Below, one piece after another: positions 38,918 through 49,247 of a stretch of DNA of 64,000 nucleotides (the stretch's first letter is position 1; every line of letters begins with the position of its first letter). Location of the stretch: IMG/VR virus record IMGVR_UViG_2897842695_000001, positions 1 to 64,000 of that record; one strand, written 5' to 3'. Source of the DNA: a virus. Lineage: Duplodnaviria; Caudoviricetes. Made by a program: the position numbers and the translations under genes. The notes under the pieces are model-generated. The model was not told the DNA's origin and ran no database searches. It saw only the letters and a program-made list of their open reading frames with translations.

Positions 38918-39787
38918 TTAGGCGGCTATCAGATGAGGATTTCGTTTTAGCCACTCGATAGTTTGCGCCTTAATTTCGTCTAACTCTAGTCCCTCAGAAT
39001 GCACATCGCGCATTACATCGACGAACACATTAGGTTTAACCGTTGCGAACTCACCGGCAAGAAAACGCTTAACAAGGTCGCTTTGTTCTACTGGCTGATC
39101 TTCAATGTAATTCGTGTCTAGCTCATCATCGAAATACTCTTTACCGTCTTTTGGTAGCTCGGAAAGGTCCAACTTAAAACCTTTCTCTTTTGCCATACGA
39201 TTAATTTCGTATGTGCTCATTTCAATGTAATCGCCTTTGATGTGGGCCGATTTGTCGTAAGCTATTGCCACATTCAAAAGGTCCGATAACGCAACGCCGC
39301 TACCTGTTTTTGGACGGACCGCGTATAGGTAAACATCCAAACCAGAATCACGGCCTTTGTACTCGACAACTTCGAGGACAGTACCCACCGGAATCTCTTT
39401 GTTAATCTCGATGTAGTAACCTTGAGAGTCGTCACCTTTGACGATAGCTAGGCCAGTAAGGCCAGCTTCACGTAACGCGTTCTCTGCGCGGTGTGCTTTG
39501 CCCCAACGCTCCATTTTAGCGTTATAGATAATATCGCCTTGGTTAACCTTAGCGGCTATTTGTGATGAGTAACGGTGCGTTTTAGGTCCACTCTGTTGCT
39601 CTGGTTCTGGTTGCGGCTCTGGTTGCGGTTCTGGCTTGATGGATTGACCGGTTAGCTTCTTAGTGATCTCGTTCCGTTGACGGCCTTTCTTGAGTCGTTC
39701 CACCATCGGTAGATCGCCGCTTTTCAAATCTTTCAACAAACCATTAGATTCACGGCCTAGTGAAAGCTTTTCTTTCATGCTTAACAT
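38918..39787 (-). CDS. ddrA: DdrA-like protein with central insertion
   Basis: C-terminus LVKRFLAGEF...LDEIKAQTIEW resembles recalled P1 DdrA; follows darA; PEPQ linker. Confidence 0.55.
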   Translation of the reverse strand: MLSMKEKLSLGRESNGLLKDLKSGDLPMVERLKKGRQRNEITKKLTGQSIKPEPQPEPQPEPEQQSGPKTHRYSSQIAAKVNQGDIIYNAKMERWGKAHRAENALREAGLTGLAIVKGDDSQGYYIEINKEIPVGTVLEVVEYKGRDSGLDVYLYAVRPKTGSGVALSDLLNVAIAYDKSAHIKGDYIEMSTYEINRMAKEKGFKLDLSELPKDGKEYFDDELDTNYIEDQPVEQSDLVKRFLAGEFATVKPNVFVDVMRDVHSEGLELDEIKAQTIEWLKRNPHLIAA

Positions 39788-39835
39788 TTGTTGTCTCCGT
39801 AAATAAGGCCGCTAGCGAACTAGCGGCGTAGGTTG

Positions 39836-42800
39836 TTAGATCTTTGATTGAAGTTCAGCGTAATTAGCAAACGCGGCTTCCATTAACGGCTCATTTTCTG
39901 GATATGTGCCGTTAGCTTCGAAGTGTTCGTATGCTTTCTCTAGGTCGTCTTGGTATTGCTCCAATAGCTCTAGAGTCACCTCGCCTTTGTAGTCGCGAAT
40001 AGTTTTAAGCTTCTCTACGTGTTCCATTTCTTCTGTGTTTTCCGGTGCTGGTAGCTCTTGAGTTAGGTCAAGTGCGTGGATACATAGCATTTCAAGCTCG
40101 TTGGCACTTTCGAATGTACCAACTTGCTCGCCGCCAAAGTAAGCCGCTAGGCTGTATTGACCGTTCTCAATCACTGGATATACATAAACAGCCTTGCTGC
40201 CATGACGTGCGATTAGATACTTATCGCCGTAAGCATTCGCCACATCATTCGAATGATTGGTTTTAATGCTGCCGCTGGTGATGAACGTTAGCTTATTAAC
40301 TTCTGGTGAAGCGTAAGCGTGTAGTGATTGCCAGTTCTCAAGAGGTTTGATCTCTAGAGCTGACTTTTCATTTAGCTGGCTAGTTAATGTTTCGTAGAGA
40401 GACTCTAGCTTGTCTAAAGCGTCGTCCTCGTCGGTGATATTCACCTGTTTAACCTTACCAGCTGGGAATGTCACCTCCTGCTTACCAAGGGCCATCTTAA
40501 AGCCGGTGAAGCGTTCTAGTTCTTCAAGCTGCGCTCGCTCGCCATCGTTCATTGTGTTGTTGATGTAGTCCATATCCAGCGATTTGCTTTCAACCTGATC
40601 GCCTTGCTGGTGCGTTTCAGTTAGAGACTCCAGCTCAATTACTTTGCGTTCACGTTTAAAGTCAAAGTCCACTTCTAAGCGGCCACCGTAAAAGTTCACA
40701 TCAAAGTAATCCGTCATTGAATCACTGTTGTTGTAGTTGTACTGGTCCACATACGCATTAACAAACTCAATCAGCTTGTTCACTTCTTCCGTATAGAACG
40801 AAATGCCTCGGCTGTTGGTTGAGTTAGGGTTATCGATTTCGAACTGTAGGTACTCTGGATTCCAAAGCATCACGTTCTCTGGCAAGCCAACCAAGCGAAG
40901 TGCTAGGCTGTTGTAGCTGTCTTTCTTAACCGAGATAACAACGTCTTTAGGTAGGCGACCCGCTTTTTTCATTTGCGTTAGGAAAGAGCGAACACGGCTA
41001 GCGATAGTTTTAACGTCACCGATATTCTCGGCATCATAGATAGAGCCAGAATTAAACTCGCTGCTGTCTAGTGCTAGTAGCTGCTTTTCTTCTTCCGTCT
41101 TATCTTTTGTCGCTTCGTCTACATCGTCGGCTTTGGCCGCGCTGATAGTACCTAGTAGTTTCGCCAGTTCTTCGCCACCAGCTTTAGTTAGTAGCACGCG
41201 TGAATTTTTGATGCTGACTGCCGTTAACTTTTCACCTTTAGGCGTAATGACCGTTTGAGTAGTAATACCTAGCTCATCAAGCTTGGCGTTTTGGTCCTCA
41301 GTCATTGAGTCAAAGTCAAACTCACCACCAGCCTTAACGATCGCGATATGCTCAAGCGCATTGTCTTTTAGTTGCAAGCCACCATGAATAGTGCCTTTCT
41401 CTGCGGCCAATGAGTTATAGATACACTCCAGACCATTAACCGTTGTGAACATGGATTGATTCACCGGCGGGTAACTGCGCGATACTTTGCGGTCTGCTAG
41501 TTCCTCAAGCGTTTCGCCATCTTTCAGCATCTTGAACAAGTCAGTCACAATAGCTTTTTGATGTTCGCTGTTTAGCTCGTTCGCTTTGGTTACGGCTTCT
41601 TTGCCGTCTAAGTTACGCTCGACAATTCGGCCAGTGAACAAGTCGATCACAACACCATCTTGCTTGCCAATTGATACCGCGTAGTCGTAACGCTTCTCGC
41701 TGGCGCGTGCTAGTTCGCCTTTGTGGCTGTAATTCGTCAGGTTATGCAGATCCGGCAAGCCGCGCATTTGCGCTTCGGCTTCTACAGCGGCCACATACCA
41801 AGTAGGCATTGAGCCGTTTTGGATTGCGGTTGCTTCTTGCTCTGTAAGGTTTGGATCGTTGCGTAGGTAGCGGCTGCCCTCTGTTGAGAGGATATCCGTC
41901 ATAGTGACACCGGCGTAACGGAAATACTGCGCAAACAAATCTTCGTCAGAAACGTCTTTGAAGTTCGGGTATTCGCCATCAGCAATGTCGTTGATGTATC
42001 GCTCAACCGTGCGGTAGTCCTCGCCTTGCTCATCCATCGCTGGCACAACGGCTTCGCCTTTGATTTTCGCTAGCTGGTAGTCACCAAGGCGATATACGCT
42101 TGTACCACCAAAGCCTTTTTCAACGTCCTCAATTGAGATCGCTTCGCCGTTCTCGAACTTGTCGTAAACGTCCTTACGTGTATGCGCCATTTCAAACATA
42201 TTGTTTAGTGACGCAAAGAAGTTATCACGGTAAGCCAAGATTGATTTAAGCAAGCTTTCGCGAGTTGCATTCAATTTTCGGTAAGGAATGTTCTTCGCTT
42301 TAAGGAACGCGACGATCTGCTGACGATTCTTGAATTGAGCATCCAATGATGCGTAAGTTTCGCCTTGCAGTTCTTCAACGATTCGCATTTGTGATGCGAT
42401 ACGGGCCGCTTGTCCTGCTACACCCTCACCACGTTTCGGTGATTTAGTGATACCGCCAAGTGAGCGAGACGCGAGCATAACAGCACGTTTGCGCTCTTTA
42501 GGTGGAAGCGTTTCAATGTTCTTCAAGCGATCGGTGGCCGAATCAATGAACTTCATTCGAGCTTGTGTCTTTTGTTGCTGCTCGTTTGCGTCTGGTCCTT
42601 GTTCTTCGGCTAGGTGATATTCGTCCTCGGCAACTTTCTGGATCAGCTCTGGAGTAACCAGATCAATTGATGCGTTCCAGTTCTTGTAGGCCGTAGGGTT
42701 AATCTTGCGTTCTTGATATTCGACTTGTTCGCGTAGTACGTTGCCAAAAACAGATTTGAAGTTACCCATTTTCAACGTATTCAGTTGGTCTTGAGTTAGT

Positions 42801-45253
42801 TCGTCCAAGTCCTTGCTATCTAGCCAATCAGATAGGGCCGTATCAACGATCTTGTACGCTAGTTTTTCATCGCCAGCGCCAGTGCCGAAAAGCGGCGCTA
42901 ACTCGAATGCGCTTACTTGGTCAGCTGGTAGCTGTTTATCGTAACCAATCGCACCATGACGAATAGAGTTACCCGCATCAGGGAATTTCTCTTTAGCCTG
43001 TTCCGTATCCAAGAATTGAACTACTTGGTGATCTGCTGGAGTCGTGCCGATGCCATAAGGGCGAGCGCGTAGGCCGTACCAAAATAGGTTAGCCGTGCCA
43101 TCGTCGTTAGTGTCTGGTTGCTCGCCTTGGTCCTGTTCTTCGGTGGCCGCGTCTCTCTCTGCTTTCTCTTTTTCGTAGTCAGCAAGGATTACCGCTTTCA
43201 CCTCATCCCAAGTTGTTAGGCCATCGCCGCCGTCAACCGGTGAACCCTCACTGTATGCAACATTCAACGTTGCATCTTCTTTCGCGTAGACCATGTATTC
43301 ACCGAACACGGTATCTGCATCGCGGTCTGGCGCGTAGAAGTAAACACGCGGCTCGTTATCTTCGCCTTTATCAATGGTCCAGTTCGCTGCAATATTCTTG
43401 CGACCGATAACGTCTAGTAAGATCTGTTTCAGTTGACGGTTTACGTCGTCCTCACTTAGCTCTGGATAGTCGTTTTCGATATTGCTTGCTAGCGTTGATT
43501 TTGTGTCGTCTACACTAAGTTCGCTTAGTTCCATTTGCTCCGCGTCTAGTGTGGCGATTGCATCATTGATGTAATCATTCGCGTAGCCAGTAACTAGCTT
43601 TTTAACATCGCTTACACCAGCGGCTCTGATCGCTGCGCCGTGCTGTTCAACTAGGTCATTAACAACGCCGTCGAAGTCTCCACCAAACGCGTTTAGCTCA
43701 ACCATAGTGCGTTTAGCATTGGCGTTCATTGAAGCCCAAGACTTAGGCACTGGTTCGTTGGCCGTGCCAAGTTTCCAAACGCCATTACGTGACGTTACCG
43801 CTGGTTTGTTGGCTACGTTGTTGTATGCCTTAATCAGCGCTAGAGCATCGTTAACGGCTTGTTGGTTGCCTTGCTTCGCTAGTGTCTCGATACGGCCCGT
43901 TAAGCTCTTAACGAATAGTGAGCGGTCGTAACCTCCCGAACCATTAATATCAATGTCAGCGATAGTGCTAAGGCTTGAGAAAATGCTACGGCCCACTGAA
44001 CCAATAGCTAGAACCTTGTTACCAGCTGCTTTTACTTCTGGATCGCTGAATAGACGGCCTAGCTCATCGTTGCCTTGCGTCTCATCAACACCGGCTTGCT
44101 CTGCTTCTTTAGCGGCCTTTTCTTCCGCATCCTGATTATATTCATTGATGCGTTGGTCCATCGCGTAGTAGATGGCACTCAAAGTCATAGGCTTTGGATT
44201 GGTAGGCTTTTTACGCGGTTGCATGATGGCGCGGTTAACCATGAACAACATCACTTTGTTGTCGTGCTTAACTTCGACGCTGTATTCGTTCTCTAGATCG
44301 TGGTTGTAGTTATCACCGTTAACAGTCAGTGTGTAACCATTGCCTAGATCGAGTTTGTCGCCACGTTTTAACTCGTAATTAGGATCGAGCGTTCTGGTCA
44401 TTGGCGGGTATGTTTCACCCGTTGCTTGTTCTGTTCCAGATTCCGCGCCACCAGCTTCACCAGTGCCGGTTTGCTTAACGCCGAGCTGCTTGCGTAGTTC
44501 TTCTTGAATATCGTTATGGTTATCGATCTGACTTTGAATGCGGCTTTGCTTTTTCTTGGTCGTTTCGATTTGTTCCTCTAGCGAGTCAACCTGATCATTT
44601 AACTGCGCTGTTTCTTCTTCAAGCTGTTGGGCCTTGTCTTGAGTTTCAGCAAGTTCTTTAGCGTCTGCGTCTTTCTTGGATTGAGCCGCTTGGAACTTCT
44701 CACTGTTGTTCTCTAAAAGAGTACCTAGCTTTGTGGTCACTTCTTTTAAAGAAAGGTCCATATTGCCTTTAGGCGCAACAACGTGAGTAACATCGCGAGA
44801 GTTCATCATGAAACGGAAAGCGATCAGCGTATCGTCAGCATTGATTTTTAGCGGATCGTTGTCTGGAGCATGAAAAGCGATAGAAACACTCTGGCCGTCA
44901 GATAGTGGAATTTTCGCGACTTGCACGGCTACCGCGCCAGACTTGCGAGGTTTGCCGATTTCAATTTCACCACAAGTTAGGTTTGGTGTTTGGCGTTCTA
45001 GTTGGTTGCCGAACTTTTTAACACGTTGAGCCAGCATTGACGCTTTCGATTTGAACGCCTCCAGCATCATCTGAGCTACTGGCTCGCACTGAAAAAGCAA
45101 TGTGTTTTCCAAGTCCTCAAGCGTTACCGACTCAAGCAAAAGCTCGCCGTTTTCCGCTTGGTATAGAGCCTCAATTTGCTCTGGTGTTAGAGTTTTCGCC
45201 AAGTGGTCGATTCGGTCCACCACTTTGATTTGTTCTGTGCTGGTAAACATCAT
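39836..45253 (-). CDS. darA: Giant DarA-like polyvalent antirestriction/internal head protein, 1805 aa
   Basis: DarA-type N-domain (LSDGQSVSI...SRDVTHVVAP), coiled coil, DarA_C-like YGLRARPYGIG...RHGAIGY, LPD29-like YNYNNSDSMTDYFDVNFY; follows hdf. Confidence 0.78.
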   Translation of the reverse strand: MMFTSTEQIKVVDRIDHLAKTLTPEQIEALYQAENGELLLESVTLEDLENTLLFQCEPVAQMMLEAFKSKASMLAQRVKKFGNQLERQTPNLTCGEIEIGKPRKSGAVAVQVAKIPLSDGQSVSIAFHAPDNDPLKINADDTLIAFRFMMNSRDVTHVVAPKGNMDLSLKEVTTKLGTLLENNSEKFQAAQSKKDADAKELAETQDKAQQLEEETAQLNDQVDSLEEQIETTKKKQSRIQSQIDNHNDIQEELRKQLGVKQTGTGEAGGAESGTEQATGETYPPMTRTLDPNYELKRGDKLDLGNGYTLTVNGDNYNHDLENEYSVEVKHDNKVMLFMVNRAIMQPRKKPTNPKPMTLSAIYYAMDQRINEYNQDAEEKAAKEAEQAGVDETQGNDELGRLFSDPEVKAAGNKVLAIGSVGRSIFSSLSTIADIDINGSGGYDRSLFVKSLTGRIETLAKQGNQQAVNDALALIKAYNNVANKPAVTSRNGVWKLGTANEPVPKSWASMNANAKRTMVELNAFGGDFDGVVNDLVEQHGAAIRAAGVSDVKKLVTGYANDYINDAIATLDAEQMELSELSVDDTKSTLASNIENDYPELSEDDVNRQLKQILLDVIGRKNIAANWTIDKGEDNEPRVYFYAPDRDADTVFGEYMVYAKEDATLNVAYSEGSPVDGGDGLTTWDEVKAVILADYEKEKAERDAATEEQDQGEQPDTNDDGTANLFWYGLRARPYGIGTTPADHQVVQFLDTEQAKEKFPDAGNSIRHGAIGYDKQLPADQVSAFELAPLFGTGAGDEKLAYKIVDTALSDWLDSKDLDELTQDQLNTLKMGNFKSVFGNVLREQVEYQERKINPTAYKNWNASIDLVTPELIQKVAEDEYHLAEEQGPDANEQQQKTQARMKFIDSATDRLKNIETLPPKERKRAVMLASRSLGGITKSPKRGEGVAGQAARIASQMRIVEELQGETYASLDAQFKNRQQIVAFLKAKNIPYRKLNATRESLLKSILAYRDNFFASLNNMFEMAHTRKDVYDKFENGEAISIEDVEKGFGGTSVYRLGDYQLAKIKGEAVVPAMDEQGEDYRTVERYINDIADGEYPNFKDVSDEDLFAQYFRYAGVTMTDILSTEGSRYLRNDPNLTEQEATAIQNGSMPTWYVAAVEAEAQMRGLPDLHNLTNYSHKGELARASEKRYDYAVSIGKQDGVVIDLFTGRIVERNLDGKEAVTKANELNSEHQKAIVTDLFKMLKDGETLEELADRKVSRSYPPVNQSMFTTVNGLECIYNSLAAEKGTIHGGLQLKDNALEHIAIVKAGGEFDFDSMTEDQNAKLDELGITTQTVITPKGEKLTAVSIKNSRVLLTKAGGEELAKLLGTISAAKADDVDEATKDKTEEEKQLLALDSSEFNSGSIYDAENIGDVKTIASRVRSFLTQMKKAGRLPKDVVISVKKDSYNSLALRLVGLPENVMLWNPEYLQFEIDNPNSTNSRGISFYTEEVNKLIEFVNAYVDQYNYNNSDSMTDYFDVNFYGGRLEVDFDFKRERKVIELESLTETHQQGDQVESKSLDMDYINNTMNDGERAQLEELERFTGFKMALGKQEVTFPAGKVKQVNITDEDDALDKLESLYETLTSQLNEKSALEIKPLENWQSLHAYASPEVNKLTFITSGSIKTNHSNDVANAYGDKYLIARHGSKAVYVYPVIENGQYSLAAYFGGEQVGTFESANELEMLCIHALDLTQELPAPENTEEMEHVEKLKTIRDYKGEVTLELLEQYQDDLEKAYEHFEANGTYPENEPLMEAAFANYAELQSKI

Positions 45254-45873
45254 TTCGCCGCCTCCACTTGTTCTTCCAGTTCTTTCGTTTCTTGTTTTTC
45301 ACGCTCAAGCTCTGCCTCAAGTTCGCTTAGTTTTGTGGATTCAGCATCAAGTTGACTTTGCGCTTTATCGCGAGCTGATTGAGCATTAGTGTGGTTTGAT
45401 TCCGCTGTAGAAAGTGCGGTTTTCGCTTCGTCTAAGCGCTGGGAAATGGATCGAGACGCTGGCTTAGTGCTAGACGTGTCTTTGACGGCTTTAGCAGCTT
45501 TGCGAGCTGCGGCCTTTTCGAATTTGGTTTGGTTGCGGTCCATAAGCTGAGTCATAGCTTTAGCTAGTTCTCGCTCATTGCTGACGCTAGGAATAGGTTG
45601 CTTAGTGTTGTTGAGCGTCATTTGATAAATGTCGCCCTCATCACCGATAAACAAAGTCATGGCTTGGCCGTTTTCAAAGAATAGCTTCGCTTTTTTCACA
45701 ACTTCGCCATCACGGCGCATTTTCTTGTTTGGCGCTTCAATATCAATGACGTTAGAACCGGCATTTTTTAAAGCGGTGATGAGCTTTTTAAGCCCTTTTT
45801 CGGTTACGTTGTCAAAGTCCACCACAACGTAGTTATGGCTTTGGTCTTTGGCAAAACGGCTGGTATTACGCAA
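45250..45873 (-). CDS. hdf: Hdf (DarA homologue)
   Basis: VDFDNVTEKGLKKL resembles recalled P1 Hdf VDFDQVNEKGLKSL; C-terminal coiled coil. Confidence 0.85.
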   Translation of the reverse strand: MRNTSRFAKDQSHNYVVVDFDNVTEKGLKKLITALKNAGSNVIDIEAPNKKMRRDGEVVKKAKLFFENGQAMTLFIGDEGDIYQMTLNNTKQPIPSVSNERELAKAMTQLMDRNQTKFEKAAARKAAKAVKDTSSTKPASRSISQRLDEAKTALSTAESNHTNAQSARDKAQSQLDAESTKLSELEAELEREKQETKELEEQVEAAK

Positions 45874-45939
45874 GTTGCCACTCCTTGAGAGAGTGACGTT
45901 TAAGAGGACGGGGAATCCAAACGGAATTTTAAGCTGAAT

Positions 45940-46353
45940 TTAGCTAATTTCAAATTCCTCCGTGTGTCGAGTGGTTGTCGGAAAGATTTTGTATAGCGGA
46001 TTCAAGAAAGAACACGATCGCTCAATCTTAACGTCGAGAATCCAATCCCCAAGTAACTTTTCGCCAGCTTCTTTCTCCAGTGCGGCCTTATCGAAAATAA
46101 GGTACTCACTGTTGTTACCGGCTGTTGAAAAGTCTAGTTTGCGCGTTCTGGTGATAACTGCTGACGGTCGTTTTTTGCTACGTAGCGAATACGTGAGCAT
46201 ACCGGTACGGATCGCTCGCTTTGAACTAAAACTAAGTACAAATCGAATCGCCAAAGGATCATCTATCTGACGTGTATAGTCGATAGTGACCTTGTTTCGT
46301 TTCAGCAAAAAGCGATCAGCAATAGCTAGACCGACAATTGCTAATTCCATCAT
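45940..46353 (-). CDS. lydB: LydB-like protein
   Basis: Between lydA and hdf as in P1; similar size; LNPLYKIFP motif. Confidence 0.65.
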   Translation of the reverse strand: MMELAIVGLAIADRFLLKRNKVTIDYTRQIDDPLAIRFVLSFSSKRAIRTGMLTYSLRSKKRPSAVITRTRKLDFSTAGNNSEYLIFDKAALEKEAGEKLLGDWILDVKIERSCSFLNPLYKIFPTTTRHTEEFEIS

Positions 46354-46673
46354 TTGCTAGTTCCTCCACTATTAAAAAATTTCGCTAAACCTTTGATTGC
46401 CAGCTGCCGTATAGCGGCGAGTGAGTCAGCCCCGTTGTTGGAAGCCACTAGAACTAGAGCGCATGTGTAACCGCGTTCCATTCCGTGACTTTCAAGCACA
46501 TAGGCGACAATTAAGCCAACGACAAGCGCTAGCGTAATTTCAGTGATAAGGTCCATGAAACCACCTTTCAAACGCGCCTCGCGGCGGCCTTGTAGGTAAG
46601 AACCAATACCACTGAGCGCGGATAGAGCTAGTACACTGAATGTAAAGCTCTCACCGAACAAGATAATCGGCAT
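46350..46673 (-). CDS. lydA: LydA-family holin
   Basis: 107 aa, 2-3 TM segments, LSALSGIGSYL; P1 synteny. Confidence 0.78.
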   Translation of the reverse strand: MPIILFGESFTFSVLALSALSGIGSYLQGRREARLKGGFMDLITEITLALVVGLIVAYVLESHGMERGYTCALVLVASNNGADSLAAIRQLAIKGLAKFFNSGGTSK

Positions 46674-46786
46674 GCACTCCCCCTTTTTTGCTTGTCTTGC
46701 AAAGTGTATTCGGAATGGCTTATGCCGCTCAATAGATGGGCGTTACTTGATTTATAAAGGCATATAAATAGGACTAAAAGAGGCGG

Positions 46787-46817
46787 TTAGTATGCTGGAT
46801 TTACACCAGCATACTAA
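46787..46817 (-). terminator. Hairpin closing the modification cassette
   Basis: TTAGTATGCTGG-N7-CCAGCATACTAA, 11 nt past the radical-SAM stop; weak U-tail. Confidence 0.45.
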
Positions 46818-46828
46818 GGTTTGGACGA

Positions 46829-47863
46829 CTAAACGTTGTCTAAGAGGATTTTGTAACAGGCCAGTTTTGGATAGTGCGGTGCAGCTGGTGGATAGATACC
46901 AAATTTGTCACCGGTATAACCACCGCCACGCGTCATGAGGCTAACTTGCTCTAACTCACCGATCGCGTGAATGGCCGTCACGTAGTCACGTAGTACCTGT
47001 TTCATGGTATCAGTGAATAGCAGCTCGTTAATGTGCTTGTAATCGCTCAAGTTACCGTAGACCGCGTAATCACCTTTACGGGCGTTAAGTGCGTTGCGAA
47101 TCGTACCGTCATAGTCGATCACATAATCATTCACCAGCTGGTTATTAAGGAAGTCACCAGAATTGAGACTACCCATTTTGCCTTTTTTCAGCGCTTTAGC
47201 ATCGTTATACACAAAGTAGCTGGTTTTCACTTTATCCAAGCTCTCGATGTACTTGAAAAGCTCAACGGTAGAATGGCCGAATTGCTTCATCATTTCCGTG
47301 TTCGCGTAAATGTCGAACTGCGTTGAGAATCGTTTGATCCCTGCCGCTTCCAACTCTTTGTAAACGTCCACCAGCGTATGATGATTTGATTCACTCACCA
47401 CCATTTGAACAACATGAATATGCTTTGCGTAGCGCTTCATAAGTTCATGGCCCTTTAGCGAACCTTTCTTACCATTACCAAGGCCATCGTAGCTTAGTAT
47501 CAGCTTGCAATTGTATTCCTCCAATAGCTCGATCCACTCATCATCAAGTAGCAAGCCATTGGTAGTAATGCGCCAAGTATAAGGAATGTAGTATTTCTCT
47601 GAGCGAGCTTTGATGATCTCAAATACTTCGCGGAAATACTCTTTACCGTTCATCAATGGCTCACCACCAAGGAATGAGAAGAACCACTTATTGAACCCTA
47701 GCGACTTGTCACACATTTCAGCGTAGCGCTCTGGAGGCATCATAGTTGCGATTGGTAGATCGCCTTTTTTCATACGCTCCATTTCGCTATCTGTCATGCA
47801 GTAATCACAATCAAGAAAGCACGCGTTATTAACCTTTGGAAGAAACGATATGCGATCGAACAT
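46829..47863 (-). CDS. Radical SAM enzyme (anSME/SPASM-clan core, auxiliary-cluster Cys absent)
   Basis: CFLDCDYC (CxxxCxxC), LGGEPLM, ITTNGLLL, LSYDG. Confidence 0.9.
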   Translation of the reverse strand: MFDRISFLPKVNNACFLDCDYCMTDSEMERMKKGDLPIATMMPPERYAEMCDKSLGFNKWFFSFLGGEPLMNGKEYFREVFEIIKARSEKYYIPYTWRITTNGLLLDDEWIELLEEYNCKLILSYDGLGNGKKGSLKGHELMKRYAKHIHVVQMVVSESNHHTLVDVYKELEAAGIKRFSTQFDIYANTEMMKQFGHSTVELFKYIESLDKVKTSYFVYNDAKALKKGKMGSLNSGDFLNNQLVNDYVIDYDGTIRNALNARKGDYAVYGNLSDYKHINELLFTDTMKQVLRDYVTAIHAIGELEQVSLMTRGGGYTGDKFGIYPPAAPHYPKLACYKILLDNV

Positions 47864-47866
47864 AAC

Positions 47867-48619
47867 TTAGTATCCCTTAATGCCGTAAGTTTCCATCATG
47901 GCTACCATATCGGACGAACGGTCCACTTTAGCCGATGGGCGAGGTAATCCCTTTGCAACGCCAGTCTTGCCTAACCAGTCCAGCGAACAGAAGAAACGCA
48001 CGTTGTTGTCTAGGTCGAAGCCGTAGTGCGTATAAGCGCGATAAACGGCGTTGTAACGCTCTCCAAAGTGCTTGAACGCTTGAGGCTGACTAAAGCCTAA
48101 CTCGATACGGCGTTTTTCCATCACTTGTTGGAGCGTGGCCGTTTGGACCTCGCTTGAGTCAATATTCACCTTACCTAGTGAAAAATCACCGTTAGCGATA
48201 AACAGCATATTGATGAGGTCATAGCGATCATAAAGCTGGTCGTAAAACTCACGCTGGGCCTTACCAAAGCGATAAGGCGTGCAGTTATCAAAGCGGTAGG
48301 TACGAATACCGGTAGCACGTAACACATTGCCGTTATAGACAGACTCTAAGAACGTTAGGTAGCCGCCAACATTGCCGTCAGCATCGAGACAAATGTAATC
48401 AATCGGGCGTACCTCTGGCTCGTATTCCGGATAGTAGAAAGGCTGGCCGATTAGTTCGGAAATATTGTCAGCACGACTAGGCGCAAACAGTAAATTTGGG
48501 AAGTCGTCAGCCAGTGATAGCAATTGCCGGTTCGCCGGTTTTTTACGCCATTCATCGATCTTCGCGCATACCTCATCGAGATAAGGCGAATCACTTGTTA
48601 AGCGAATCAAGTAGCTCAC
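47867..48619 (-). CDS. Hypothetical enzyme-like protein (weak GNAT-like resemblance)
   Basis: 250 aa; YICLDADGNVGGYLTF strand pattern; fold not established. Confidence 0.55.
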   Translation of the reverse strand: MSYLIRLTSDSPYLDEVCAKIDEWRKKPANRQLLSLADDFPNLLFAPSRADNISELIGQPFYYPEYEPEVRPIDYICLDADGNVGGYLTFLESVYNGNVLRATGIRTYRFDNCTPYRFGKAQREFYDQLYDRYDLINMLFIANGDFSLGKVNIDSSEVQTATLQQVMEKRRIELGFSQPQAFKHFGERYNAVYRAYTHYGFDLDNNVRFFCSLDWLGKTGVAKGLPRPSAKVDRSSDMVAMMETYGIKGY

Positions 48620-49247
48620 ATAAACCCCCTACATTTTTGTGATAGCGAGACATAAAGCAGTGACGTTTTGCGTTTGCTTCAATGGCGGCCACGAACTCAT
48701 CATCTAAGTAATCGCGTGCATCACCGATCGCTTCTAGATATTGTTCCCAACCAAAGGCCAGCATGCGGCCAGACTCGCGTTGTTGTTCCCACGGCTTGTA
48801 TAAGCGGGTATTGATCACGGTCGCTTCACTCATTCGGCCAAACGTCTGAGTAATACCGCCTAGATCGTTAAAGTCAGGAATCGAGAAGTTAAAGCGCAAA
48901 TCTTCACCTTGCACTTCGGTTCGGTCCGACTTCGTGTAAATCACAAGATCTTGTTTCGTGCCTTTCTGTTGGCTCATGAAACATGAACCTTTGAATGACT
49001 CGGTTTTATCAAACACCGGCTGAATTGAACCACGGAAAAACAGCGTAGGAGCAAGGCTGCACAAACGCTCTGAGTCTGCTTCAATATCGGCGTAATACTC
49101 ATGCTTCACTAGGCGCGGGATCTCTTTGATTTCAAGATCTGTTAATACGTGAAGCTCATTTTCTGGATGATGCTTTAGAAAGCTCACCGCCATAATGTAG
49201 AACTGGTTAAGCCAGTCCTTATTCAACAATCTTACGTAGACTTTCAC
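48591..49247 (-). CDS. Putative glycosyltransferase (GT-A/GT8-like N-terminus)
   Basis: NKDWLNQFYIMAVSFLKHHPENELHVLTD resembles GT8 N-termini; no clear DxD motif. Confidence 0.45.
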   Translation of the reverse strand: MKVYVRLLNKDWLNQFYIMAVSFLKHHPENELHVLTDLEIKEIPRLVKHEYYADIEADSERLCSLAPTLFFRGSIQPVFDKTESFKGSCFMSQQKGTKQDLVIYTKSDRTEVQGEDLRFNFSIPDFNDLGGITQTFGRMSEATVINTRLYKPWEQQRESGRMLAFGWEQYLEAIGDARDYLDDEFVAAIEANAKRHCFMSRYHKNVGGLCELLDSLNK

